From Takakia lepidozioides (taxonomy: Eukaryota; Plantae; Bryophyta), in the NCBI GenBank assembly GCA_030704615.1, contig CM060734.1:11470001-11534000 (forward strand): a stretch of DNA of 64,000 bases, in the 5' to 3' direction. Position 1 is the first letter of the stretch. Each line of letters begins with the position of its first letter. The notes below the pieces were generated by a model. It saw nothing but the letters and a program-made list of their open reading frames with translations. It ran no database searches and was not told the DNA's origin. The position numbers and the translations under genes were made by a program. Shown in pieces: positions 36,758 through 48,449 of this stretch.

Positions 36758-39700
36758 GTGGTATCATCGACAGCTCCAACTGCTCGAGCAGTCACTCCAA
36801 AAGCCGCTACTCATCGCATGTTTGGATCGCCCAACTTGGGGCGGGAGGGCAAACTAAATCCTTTTGTTGGTGGACGGGAGGACCTGCAGCGAGAGTACGA
36901 CAGAATAGGCATTGGGGAGGTTGGTGCAGGCGGCATGGCAGATGAAGGGCGTCGGATGACGACAACAGATCCGACAATGAAGGAAGTTGATGCACATGTA
37001 GTAGGGCCCGCCCACGCAAAGAAGAAGAAGAAAGCCAAGCACATGCAATCCCCGGCGAGAGAGCCGTCATAGGCTGCGGAGGGGGGAGTGAGCAGGGCGC
37101 TAAGGGTGTCAGTTCGCCTCAATCAAAGGTGGTCATCCTGGAGGCCTCCCCTGCTGCTACCCCTAGTAAGAAATAGAAGGCCCGTGAGAGGGCAAAAGAG
37201 AGGGCAAAAGAACAGGCGAGACAGAAGGCTAGCCAGGAGGCAAGAGAAAAGGCCACTGAAGAGGCCAGGGTTGTCGAAATGACAGATGCCCATGTAAGCG
37301 AGGGGCGCACAGAGACGGTGGATCCCTCCAAGACACCACAAACAGGCAGTAACACACCGGTTACACCATCGCGGGTGGGAGCAGCCCACCAAATTACCCA
37401 TACGGTGGAGACTGGAGGAGGGGAAAGACACCACAAAGAGCACGGATTGTGGAAGTTCGAGGTGAAGCCGGGGAGAGGGCAGTAGAGACGGGTAGAGTGC
37501 TCGAGGTGGTTCCGGCGGTGGTTGACCATGTTGAGGACGACGAGAGGGAGCTTTCTGACCAGGATGACATCCTCCCGGACATCCCCAGGCCCCAAACCCG
37601 GAGCATACAGGCTGGATTTGGCGGTCCGGGTGGGCTGCCGGAGAACCCCCCTGCAACAGACGTCATGTCGGAGGCGGATATGAAGTTGGCCACTGCCAAG
37701 ATGTTGGAGGCAACCCACAACAACATTGGCAGGGTCCTGGGGGGCATGGTGTATCCGGCCAAGCTTCGGATTCCCCTTTGCCGCTTGGTTTCATTGCAGG
37801 TGGTGAGACCTGCCCTCCCAGGCAATATCAACAAGCTGAAATTCTCTTTCCGGGAGGGATATTGAATGGGGTTTGCCGCGTTTTACGTTTCCATGGAGAA
37901 CGACCACGGAGCTTCTCGTGCCCACACTTCCGATGAGGTGGACAAATGGGGTCCCCATTGGCAAAGGCGAAATGAGGAGTTCGAGAGATTGATTGCTACT
38001 GATCCTCTTTTCCAGCACTTGTCCGGAAAGATGTTTTACGTGTGGGACGACAATCATCGCCTCCTGGCATAGATGGAGTACATAGCCCAAGCCCACCCCA
38101 ACAACCTGGATTGGCATTTCGCCGTGGAGTGTGTTGTGCTCAAGGTTGCGGGGCCCAAAGATCGCAGTCTTCTCAAAGCGGCAATGGCAGACATCAACTC
38201 GTAAGTTACAATGCCCCTTGCTTTGGAACTTTGAATTTGAAACAGTCATTGCATTGTCAATTGTCATATTTGTTGCAAATTCTTATTTCTGTATTGTTTA
38301 ATGGAAATGTGGCATTGCAGGATGACTGAGAATGCCTTCATTGCCACCAACTTGTCCCATATGCTCTTCGGAGTGAAGGATGTCGGGAAGCAGGGGGTGC
38401 AAGAGTTTGCCAATTTGCTCAGAGGCAAAGGCAGACAGAACCTGGTATAGGCTGAGCATGGACGCCATGGTGGACTACATATTTCGGGTAAAGCTCCTGA
38501 TTGTTTTGTTCAGCTTATCTGTCTCTCCTCCCCCAATAGAAGAAAAAGTGTTGACCAGGATTTCTAATCATATCTGCGCATTCTTGACAAACCAAAATTC
38601 AGCAGGATTTGGCACATGCGCGGAGGTTCTACATGGAGTCAGAGGAGAAGAAACTAACCCTCCCGGTACTGGAATCATATCTCAAAGCTGTGGAGGCGAA
38701 GGCCCGCATAAAGTACAAGTCGCGGATGGTAAAGTACGTGGCCATAGCTGATCCTGCCCTTGGTGCCGACTTTCTGGTAGAGGTGGGGAAGCACTACTCC
38801 CGCGCTCTGAAGCCCACGATGACATTGGAGAAGCTACATCGTCTAGCCACATCCTGTGTGGATGCAACAGAAAAGGTTATACATTCTTAACCAAATTGTC
38901 GTGGCAACAATTCGTTTTTGTGGTGTTTGGCGCTTACTAATATGCTGGGTGGTTGGACAGACCCGGTGGCTCCAAATCTGGAATGGTTCCCAAAGTACAA
39001 GGGACATCTGGAGCTTCCCCAAACCCGACAAACTGTCCGACCCCACATTCGACATGTGGATGAACCGCATGACATGGTGGTTTCAGATACTTTCCCATGC
39101 TTCATTTGGGGCTTCTACTCTTGTATCGGATAGATTTATTGTATTTTTTGAGGAAAGCGGTCTGATGGAGAATGTCCACAGGTGACGACGAATGCGCAAG
39201 AGCAACTTGACACACAAGCACATCGGTTCAAGCTAGAGATTTCTGGTGAAGCAGAGAGCCTACGCGACTATGTGACGAGGTACTTTCTGCTCTACAAAAC
39301 CGACCTATTCTTTCGAGAGATACCCCATGCCCGCCGGAGCCACGAGTTCACCGACCAGCCGAACGCGGACAAAGTGGCAATGCGCCTTCTGTATAGGTAC
39401 ATACGCGATGCCTTTCTTTTTAGTCCCTATATTTCGAGGATTTAACAGGCCTTATGTGGCGCATGAAAATTAGCTGTGAAGAAGTCTTTGGAAAAATGGC
39501 GCCGAATTTTCGGATTCGGGCCCTGGGGGATGGCTGTCCAAGGGGTGGCTGGCACTCAGTCTGGAAATTCGGTGCCATTTTTCCAGTTGCAGGCCCAGTC
39601 AAATCTGGGACTTAGCCATTCTCGGCCCCAACCTGGGAAAATGGCGCCGAATTTCCAGTTCAGGGCCCCGAAAATGGCTAAGTGGCTGGCACCTGCACTG

Positions 39701-42610
39701 GAAATTCGGCGCCATTTTTCCAGTTCCGGGCACAATCAGCTCTGGGACTAAGCCATTTTCGGGTCTAACCTGGAAAAATGGCGCCGAATTTCCAGTGCTG
39801 GGCCACAAAAATGGCTTAGTCCCTACAGTGGCAGGCACCGAAACCGGAAATTCGGCGCCATTTTTCCAGTTCCGGGCCCAGTCAGTTCTGGGACTAGCCA
39901 TTTTCGGCCCCAACCTGGGAAAATGGCGCCGGTTTTCAAGTGCAGGGCCCCGAAAATGGCTAAGTCCCTAGTGTGGCAGGCACCGAAACCGGAAATTCGG
40001 CGCCATTTTTCCAGTTCCGGGCCCAGTCAGTTCTGGGACTTAGCCATTTTCGGCCCCAATCTGGGAAAATGGCGCCGAATTTCCAGTTGAGGACCCCGAA
40101 AATGGCCAAGTCCTTGGGGTGGCTGGCACCGAAACTGGAAATTCGGCGCCATTTTTCCACTTCCGGGCCTACTCAGTTCGGGCGTATATTCGGCGTGTAT
40201 TTTGCAGTTTCATTCCCTAAAATTTACCTCGTTCCCGGGACCTCATTCTGTGTGTTTCTTGAATGCAGGCACTGCAAGTTCTCCCTTTTGGAGAAAGGTC
40301 ATCTGTCCTTCGAGCCGCCATTCTTCCTCGCATGGAGGAACCCTGGGGCTGACTCCATGTATATTGACGTTATCGTGAAGGAGTGGCATTTGGAACATTT
40401 GCGCGACTGCCCTTGGTATGTGGACCTTCCGCCCAGCTCGCTCGACTCATCCGAGTTTCAATTGAAGCTGGATGCTGAGGCTCGACGAAACCGGGCTCCG
40501 CTGCCTCTGCTGGGTCCAAAGGAGGCGAGAGTGCTTGCCAAGTCCAGGAAAGCGGCAGAGCTTGCTCAGGCAGGTATTCAAGAGAAATTGAATGAGAAGA
40601 ATAAAGGACAAAAGAAAAGGACACGGAAACAGGGGAGTACAGTAACCCCCAAAAAATAGAAAACCACCGGGGCACCAGAGGAGGCGCAGGAGGGGCCCCA
40701 AGGGAGTGACTCCGACGACGACTTTGTGCAAGGTCCTACGACTGCTGCTGCTGCTACCAAGTCACCGGTCGTCCGGGTTCCCAAGTCAGTTCGGACTGGG
40801 ACTGGCTCTGCCAAGAAGTTGGCATTTGAGGGCAAGCCTACACGGCGGTATTCGGCGGTGACGTTTCCGAAGAGGCCAAAGCTAAACCCCAACCATCATC
40901 CAATGTGTCAATGAGAGCTTCCTTGACGCTCTGGCTGCCAGGGCGAAGAAGGTGGCCCACAGTAAGTCTGTGGCGGAGCAAAAGGGGAAAGCCAAGAAGA
41001 GGGCTCCTAGTACAGAGCCTAAAGACACCCCTGGTTTTGAATCCATGATGGAATTCTTCACGGTTGTGAGCACGGATTGCAAGAGCACTCGGGGGGGGGG
41101 GGGGGTTGAGGTGGAGAGAGCCTGCGATATGATTCTCCTCGATATTCCAGATGGGGAGCTGCTAGAGGGCCTGGTGTGCCCACCTGGAACAGGTTTACTG
41201 AGGACTACTGGAGAGCCGGGTTTGGGCTAGCGGGGATGCTCCTGGATGACGGTGGATGTATGGTGGTCCTTGCCACAAGAGGGAAGACCACAGACAATGT
41301 CGTGGCAAGGTGGACACCGAAAAGTGTCACCCCGGTCCTCCTCAAAAAATGGTTCTGCATCAATACGCAGGGGTTGCGAATAGAGGGCCAAAGTGTAAGT
41401 TATCAATCTATTGCATTCACTTCATATTGTGGTGTATCTGAACTAGACCCTGGAGTTGATCCCTCTTTTGTTGGATGTGCAGACATTGGTGTTTGAGGCA
41501 TATTGTTTTGTGAAAAAAAATAGGGTGGGAGGGCGGGCGGGATTCCTGGTCATTCATATCATGAAAGCACCATGGGTTGACATCAAACATGTGCCCCACT
41601 CCAGTATGCCGAAGGACACAAAGACAGGCAAATCGTGGCGGTACAGCCGGACCCGGAGCCCTGCTTTCAGCCAAACCCTCCTGGAGACGTGCTCCGATGT
41701 CTAAGGGCGGATTCTTGACCTCACATGCAGCACGGGTAAGCCTTCACGTGCACAGTTTGTCCCCTGGCCCGATTGCAATTGCATGCCGCATGCTACTAAC
41801 TGCCCACTTTGTCCATCAGGTGCTTCAATGTGGGCAGGGACGTTGTCCGACAGGCATGTCTTCGCCTTCGAGCCAGATACTGCCCTCCACAACTCCGAAC
41901 TTGCAGTGGCTGAACGTCTGCCGAAAGAGGAAGAGACATCCTCGGAGGATGAGGAAGAATCCGACAAGGAGCAGGGGGAGGTACAAGTTGGGATCGAGGC
42001 CGAGGAGCCCCCGATTTACGAGTGAGTGGTCGCATTGTAAGTTGCCTCCTGATTTTGTGAGGCACCTCCCTCCGCTCTCTTATTTCATTGAAAGACCCTT
42101 TGTGCTTCTGCTGGTATTGACATTCTTGAAGTGGATTTGTTCTTACGTAGGATGCCAAGTACTGCAGGAGGGACGTTTACACTGCAGTTTATGGGCAGGA
42201 GGGACGTGCCTTTTTTTGCCAGGGGGGATTTCATCCCGAGTCCAGAAAGGGACTACATCCTTCCTACTTATGCTGCCCGGCTTACTTCGGTGTCAATTAC
42301 GAGGTCTTCCGAACCTAGTCGTGTACAGCAGATTTTAGACGGGGCAAACCTCAAGAAAATGAAGATGAGGGAGGAGGCAGCAGCTATTAGAGCCCGTCAG
42401 GCTCGTAGATTTGTCATGGATTCTGCTGAGGAAAGTAGGGGAGAAGAGGCAGAAGATTCCCAGGAGGTGAGGTGGACAGTCCCCCAAGAAGAGGACGGTA
42501 TTTTTGAGAGGCATAGTGGAACTGATGCATCTCATCGCTCAAAGGATGGGGGGGATGAGGGGGGTGAGGAGGAAGGTGGGGCAAGTTCCTCGGAGGGTGT
42601 AGGAGAGTAG
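36758..42610 (+). pseudogene. ParB/Srx plus N6A/N4C-methyltransferase-like gene of element B, multi-exon, disrupted; 5' start uncertain
   Basis: LRIPLCRLVSLQVVRP..GY*MGFAAFYVS..MFYVWDDNHRLLA*; ACDMILLDIPDG; PTWNRFTEDYW..LLDDGGCMVVL; WRYSRTRSPAFSQTLLETCS..RILDLTCSTG|ASMWAGTLSDRHVFAFEPD. Intron positions shared with A. Confidence 0.82.
39397..40268 (+). repeat. Intron of ParB-MTase gene B filled with alternating-orientation GGAAAAATGGCGCCGAATTTCC quasi-palindromes
   Basis: About ten copies between 39490 and 40160, alternating forward and reverse. The same motif occurs at 29600-29765 and 34950-35640. Confidence 0.88.
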
Positions 42611-43269
42611 TGCCCATCCCGGCTATGACAGGTAGGACACACTTGTATAGATGTGGCTTGCCACAAAATTTGCAATAAAATGTTGCATTTCATTGCTATG
42701 ACGAGTCCACTGGTGCCAAATTCCAACTTCATATGACCCTATTTCCATGCCTCCTAACCCTATTTCCATGGACACACAATGGTCCGCTCATGTTTTTTTT
42801 TTTCCGCTCATGCTCATGCCGCTCGTGAAATAGCAGCCCCCAGTAACGAGAGAGCTATGGCAGCTGACGAGCTTGCTAAGTCCGCGATAGTCATGACTAG
42901 AGTGGCGGCAGCACCAGCTTGCAAGGGGAATAGGAAGAGAAAAGAGCAAAAATAGGGGAACCCTAAAATGATAACCATGGCTAAAACATAGCTAGATCAC
43001 AAAGGGAAATGGCAGGGGGGAGGCGGAGGTGAGCTTGTGGCTGATTGTACCAAGTAGGCTATCGCTTACGGTTCAGCAAGTCTGGCCTCAGAATTTATTA
43101 TTATTATTATTTTCACAATGATTAAAGATACAATTGCTTTCATACCACTATTGGTCCCACGTAAAAAGTTTTTGTTTGTTGTCAGCACTGCTTATTTCTA
43201 GGGGAACGAGCATATCCACACTACAACGCACAGTTGCAATGTGCTAATAGGAAACATCTCCTGAAACAA

Positions 43270-43776
43270 AGTAGTGGAAAGTCATCCTCCAAGGTGTCTA
43301 CAGACATGTCTATAGTAGTTGTGTGCACTTTTTGTCCACCGGCACCTTCAGGGCGCCTGGGTGTGGTGCGGAGGTTCATGTCAGACCTCCATAAATGAAG
43401 GTGTTCCTCGTCTTGTAAATTGCCGAGAACAATCTTCCGCTTCGTTGTCCGAGTGAGAAGGTCACCCTCGAGCCCAGGATTTCTACCATGGAGAGGAGTG
43501 CCCTCCACAAAACTTCTTATTGCCTCAACCATCTTCTGAGGATCTGAAGACCGCGCTACCGCCCGTGCTAGTAATTGTTCACGGTCGGGACCGAAACCCT
43601 TTGCACCACCCTTCAGATAATTATGGTAGGACGATGATTGCAGAAGAGCCCTTGTCATGTCGTCTTTGTTAGCTGTGTACAGGTCCACTTCACCACTGCC
43701 GGCCTGCCAGCTCGCATGCACGGACTCAAACATGTTCACATTTGGCATTGTTGCGTCGTCCTCCAGATCTAGTCCC
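43270..43776 (-). pseudogene. Transposase fragment, lineage C (exon containing the catalytic Glu)
   Basis: MPNVNMFESVHASW..DLYTANKDDMTRALLQ..YLKGGAKGFGPD..LEGD..KRK aligns with A MPSCNLAETVHNAW..DLYVATTDDLIRALQQ. Truncated before the SWIM finger. Confidence 0.85.
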
Positions 43777-44039
43777 TGCAAGTCACATCTCCACCGGCAT
43801 GAAAACAAGGTATGCGAGGCCAACGAAGAAGCCCAAGCCTAAAGATGAGGTCCATCGAAGCGATGAACAGTAGTTATCGGTACCGACTATAGCCATGGAA
43901 TGGTTGAACACCCAAAACTTAATTTTAAAGTCAGTGCAGACTATAAGCAGTCCATACCCAAAACCTAATCGTAAAGTCGCTGCAGACTATAAGTAGTCCA
44001 TATATAGTGCCATCTGCTACGCTATAGTCGGTGCGGACT

Positions 44040-44354
44040 TAATTACTCTTAAATCATTCTGCTTCGGGTAAGGTCAATGGGCAAAATCTGAGTCCTCTGA
44101 TTCGTGAGACTACCAGTATAGGGTCAAAGGGTCCATTCGTTTAAGGACCGGCAATCGGAATAGGCCTGCTACATTTAAGTGGTTTTTCTCTCTTGGGATC
44201 TGTCCCAAATCATAATCCAACTTATTGGATGCATGGCTCTTATTACACTGATTACAGTGTGTGTGCCTTATGGCTTAATCGGGGTTTTAATTTTTTTCCC
44301 CAAATAATTCATGAATAAAATTAATCAGGGCATAAATAAATAAATAAATAAATA
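44040..44354 (+). mobile_element. 3' end of a non-LTR retroposon with (TAAA)n tail
   Basis: CAGTGTGTGTGCCTTATGGC..GGGGTTTTAATTTTTT.CCCCAAA is shared with 63889-63945. Both copies end in A-rich tails. Confidence 0.55.
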
Positions 44355-45052
44355 TGGAGCGGGTACGACTATATCCAGGGGAGCCGGTTCCCAGGGCAAG
44401 GGAGTGTGGATGAGATATGTTTCATATTCAAAATGTCAACTGTTGGAAAGGCTGTGGAGTCCATCTGGGCGACATGATGCGTCCCGGGGGGGAGCTAGGA
44501 AGGAGCTAGATTATGTTCGACAACGTGAAGCGAATAAATGGATAGAGTACAATGGCTTGTCATGTGTATCATCCAAATTTTCCGAAGCTCATGACGATCG
44601 CAATTTGCAAAATGAAATGTGAGGACACAGATTCACAGAAGATCATGTGAGAATGCATCAATGATCAGATGCAGCGAGCAGGGAAGGGGCGACCGCAATT
44701 TCGGGGATTCATGGCTGACAATGCAAATGCCAACTGGGTTGCTGTTCATCAAGTGTATGGAGGCGGGGAACCGATGCCCGATCGTGAGAGAACATATGGG
44801 TTCCACTGGGGTCAGAGTCTTGAGAAGTGGACAAAAAAATACATCTCCAAAAACCTGCAACATGCACATGTTCAGCTTTGTACGAAGTGGAGAGTAGCAA
44901 ATACTGAGGCGGAAGCAGAGGTCTCATTTTTGGCCATCCGAGCATGGTGGTCCTCTTCGGGTGCCGCTCGAGATGAAGATGTTCCCGCGTTGGAGAGCTG
45001 GCTGTTGTGGTGGACATACCGCTACTCTCAACTTGGAGGCTATGTTCGCAAT
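44355..45052 (+). pseudogene. Transposase DDE core fragment, lineage C
   Basis: WSGYDYIQGSRFPGQG..FIFKMST; MFDNVKR; TMACHVY; FRGFMADNANANW; RTYGFHW; AWWSSSGA; WLLWWTYRY, then a GTAAGA donor at the same position as in A and B. Confidence 0.9.
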
Positions 45053-45529
45053 GTAAGAATTCAGTTTTTCCATGCAATGTCTTTTTACGCCCACTCATTA
45101 CGGCTCTGCTCACGTGAGCAAAGCCCGGATTTTATAGTCTGTACCGACTATTACGGTTCCATCGGAACCATTCTATGTTCTCTTTGTAAAACTATCAGTG
45201 AACGGATATATATCCGCTCACATGAGCTAAACATTGCTTTCATAGTGGCTCCTTTGAGAGCACACATGAGCAAAACATTATTTGTGTAGTCTGCACCGAC
45301 TATAGCATCACAGATGCCAGAATCGGTTGGAATGGCAGTATTTTTTTTGGTAGTCTGCACCGACCATAAGATAAGGTTTCCACATATTTCGTAAATGTGT
45401 TGATATTGGCTGCGATCACATGAGGTTCAGCTCACCCTCGAAGAACATTCAGTGTGTAGCTTGCACCGACCATAGCGTTGCAGATGGCATTACTATCGAG
45501 TGCTCATAGTCTGCACCGACTATAAGGTT

Positions 45530-48291
45530 AGGTGTCAAAACTGAGTCCAGATGCCCGCTTGGAAGAGGTCTTGAGGTGTTTCCAGTTGACATCGCGTTCA
45601 AACTCTGGCGAACGAGTGGAGGGGGACTCGGAGGTCACGCCACGCTGGTGGAGGGAGCTCTATCCAGACACATTTGTCTTGCGAAGGGGAGTGGCAGATG
45701 ATTCCTGCACAGCCCCAAGAACTGCAGAAAGCTGCGTGGATATCGCTGGCGCTCCCGGAATTGCGTTCCATGTCTGCACACGTTTTAGCCCAAGCCTTAT
45801 GGGCTTCAGTTTGAAGATCATAAAAAATGGTGGAAAGAAGCGCAGAGATAGTGACGGTCGTTCTAGAGAAAGTATTCTTACACCGTAACTTCCATAGGTG
45901 CCATAGCGTGGATCCTCTGAGGGTTTCCAATACAAGACAACTCACAGCTCTGGTTTTTGTGTTCTTGTCGTAGTTTAGAAGCAGATGGGTTTCGGATAGG
46001 GCAGATGGGTTCCAGTGTAGGTATAGAGATTTCACCAATGGCCATATCTTGGATGGTGCTTGGCAGTGAAACAAGCAGTGTTCCAGGGTTTCCTGCATGG
46101 CGGAAGAGCAGCACACACAGAGGACTGATGCCTGGAATTGGAGCCATTCCCCTACTTTAAGAACCCTATTCGCAACTTGCCATAGAAAGGCAAAGTTTTT
46201 TGTAGGACGAGTTTTGATCCATATTGAGCCCCAGATAACTGACCACTTTTCATCACGAAATCCATGGGTTTCCCATTTCAGGTCCCATTTAGAGAGCATT
46301 GGTTCTGTTTTGGCTAGTACCCTGTATCCTTTCTTGGTTGTGTATGAAAAAAAGGGGTCCAGCGATCTATTGAAGGTCCATGACCATTCTGCAGGGTCTA
46401 TATCAAGCTCCGCCAAGGGTCTTCCAAGGATCCACACAAAAGTGTTAGAGGCCAGCCAGTCATTAATTGGAACAAATAACGGAGGCAGTGGGTTGAAGGC
46501 TCTATCTTGCGAAGACCAATGGCAGATTCTGATCGGAGTGAGAGGGAAGGGTCTAATGAGTTGAGGGGATTTTGAGGCTAGTGTGAGCACAAGAGTGACC
46601 GTGTTGATGTGGAATATGAAGATGGGAAGTTCCTGAGCAGTTGCGTACCGGACAAAAATGACTGATAATTGTCCCTGGAAAATGGCCAAGCCCCATAAAT
46701 TGTCCGCAATCTGAGGGGGTCCTGAATCCAGGATAGTTAACCATTGGGGGTTTATGGATGAAATGAGAGTTCGATATCCCCTGTTTGCCCTCCCCTTGCC
46801 TACCAGATGTGAGACGCTTTCCTGGGGTTGGAGAGACCTGTTTTTCCAAATATTGTTAATCTGGCTGATTCCCAGGTTGTCCCAGCAAGACCATCGTCTA
46901 GCCTGGTTACGCTGTGAGGGATTCGGGGTGTTTGTATTGAGAAAGAGGTGTTGCCTGAGCACTTCATAGAAGGATTTTGGCTGGGCTTTAGCTAGGAATT
47001 TTCGCAGCTTGCCCCAGGCCCGCCAAATATTTCTCCATAGAGGTGATCCTTTTGCCTTGAGATTGAACCCATGTGCAATCCAGCGTAGCGAGGGTTGCCA
47101 GACAAGGACTTCGAGGGGCGAGGAAACAATGATGTGATCATGGACTAGAAATTTCCAGCATCCTCCTTCTGGCCCCAAGAAACGTGGAATCCATTTTGCA
47201 AGAAGCGCATTGATTTGAGATTCCAAATCTAAAACCCCCAAGCCCCCCTTCTTTTTGGGAAGGCAGATTTGTTTCCAACTTACTTGTGGTCTTTTGTTGT
47301 CTGTGGCTTTGCGAGCCCCCCAGATGTAGTTTCTAAGGAGGCCTCTAGCTTCTTGGACTTGTTTCGAGTCTGGACGCCATGATGAGGAGTAATACCACAT
47401 ACCAGATGAGCAGATTTGGTTAGCCACCAAGACCCGGCCAGTGAGGGAAAGGTGCTTCGAGCCCCAGTAGATGAGTTTCCTTTTGAGCTTTTGCAGTATT
47501 GGGGCAAATTTCTGTTCATCTGGAAGGCCTATTCCAAATGAGTAGCCCAAGAGGGTAGTGGCCTCACCGTGCTTGAGCCACTTCAGACCCTGGTTGGAAC
47601 CCCACGAAGGAGGTGTTCCTAATGTGGACTCCGTGAGATCTCCGACAAGCAAGGCTAATGTTTTGTTCCAATTGACCTTAAATCCTGAGGCCTGGCAAAA
47701 ACCATTCAGAGTATTTCCAGCTGAGTCTAAATTTTCCTCTGTAGCTTGAAGCATCAGAAAAGTATCGTCCACAAACATAGAGTCTATGAGGTTGATGGGC
47801 TGTCTCGTGATGTAGTTGGTGATCCTGAGGCCATTTATGTTTTGGTTGTGGTCCAGCATGTAACGCAAGTTATCTGCCACCACCAGGAACAGGAAAGGGA
47901 CCAACGGGCACCCCTGTCGAACTGAACGCTGCAGGGGGAAGGAAGAGGAGAGGTATCCATTTACCATGACCCTGCTGGATGATGTTGTCAAAAAAATGCG
48001 TACCCAACTGCAGAAATGTGGTGGAAAGCCAATCTTAGCCAAAGCTGCAAGGAGGAAGGGCCATTCCACTCTGTCAAACGCCTTTTCGAAATCCAAGAGA
48101 AGCATGGCAATAGCCTGACCTGATCTGGAGGCGAATTCTGGCACCTCTTGAGCTAAAAGAAGATTGTCAAGGATGAATCTACCTTTTATAAACCCTGTTT
48201 GATTGGGCCTGATCAGAGAAGGCAAGAGAGGCTGCAGTCTGAGAGCCAAGGATTTCCCAATTATTTTATAAGCTACATTCAGCCAGGTAAT
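45530..48291 (-). mobile_element. L1/Tx1-type LINE ORF2, 3' half (RT and zf-RVT region)
   Basis: ITWLNVAYKII; QTGFIKGR; LDFEKAFDRV; VRQGCPL; MFVDDT; C..C....ETLEHCLFHC. Open for ~897 codons to the stop at 45598. Confidence 0.95.
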
Positions 48292-48449
48292 ACACGCAAC
48301 ACATTCATCGAACAATTTGGCATTTGTTGTTTCGGACTCATAGTATGGGTGTGAATGAGCCATGCGAAGTCCGTGGCTTTACGATCCATTAACAACCGTA
48401 CAAGACGAGGTCAGAGAAAAACCTTGCAATACAACATGTTCTATGCGAA

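Larger units (their letters stand above)
29376..42834. mobile_element. Element B: 13.5-kb diverged relative of element A (transposase, ORF-X, ParB-MTase)
   Basis: Inverted ends GCTATTTCATGAGCATGAGCGGA (29376) and TCCGCTCATGCTCATGCCGCTCGTGAAATAGC (ending 42834). Same head-to-head gene pair as A, in opposite orientation. Confidence 0.85.

Noticed and set aside
45598-48363. Intact 921-aa stand-alone gene
   Set aside because: The first ~24 codons come from unrelated flanking DNA. The rest is the 3' half of a broken LINE ORF2.
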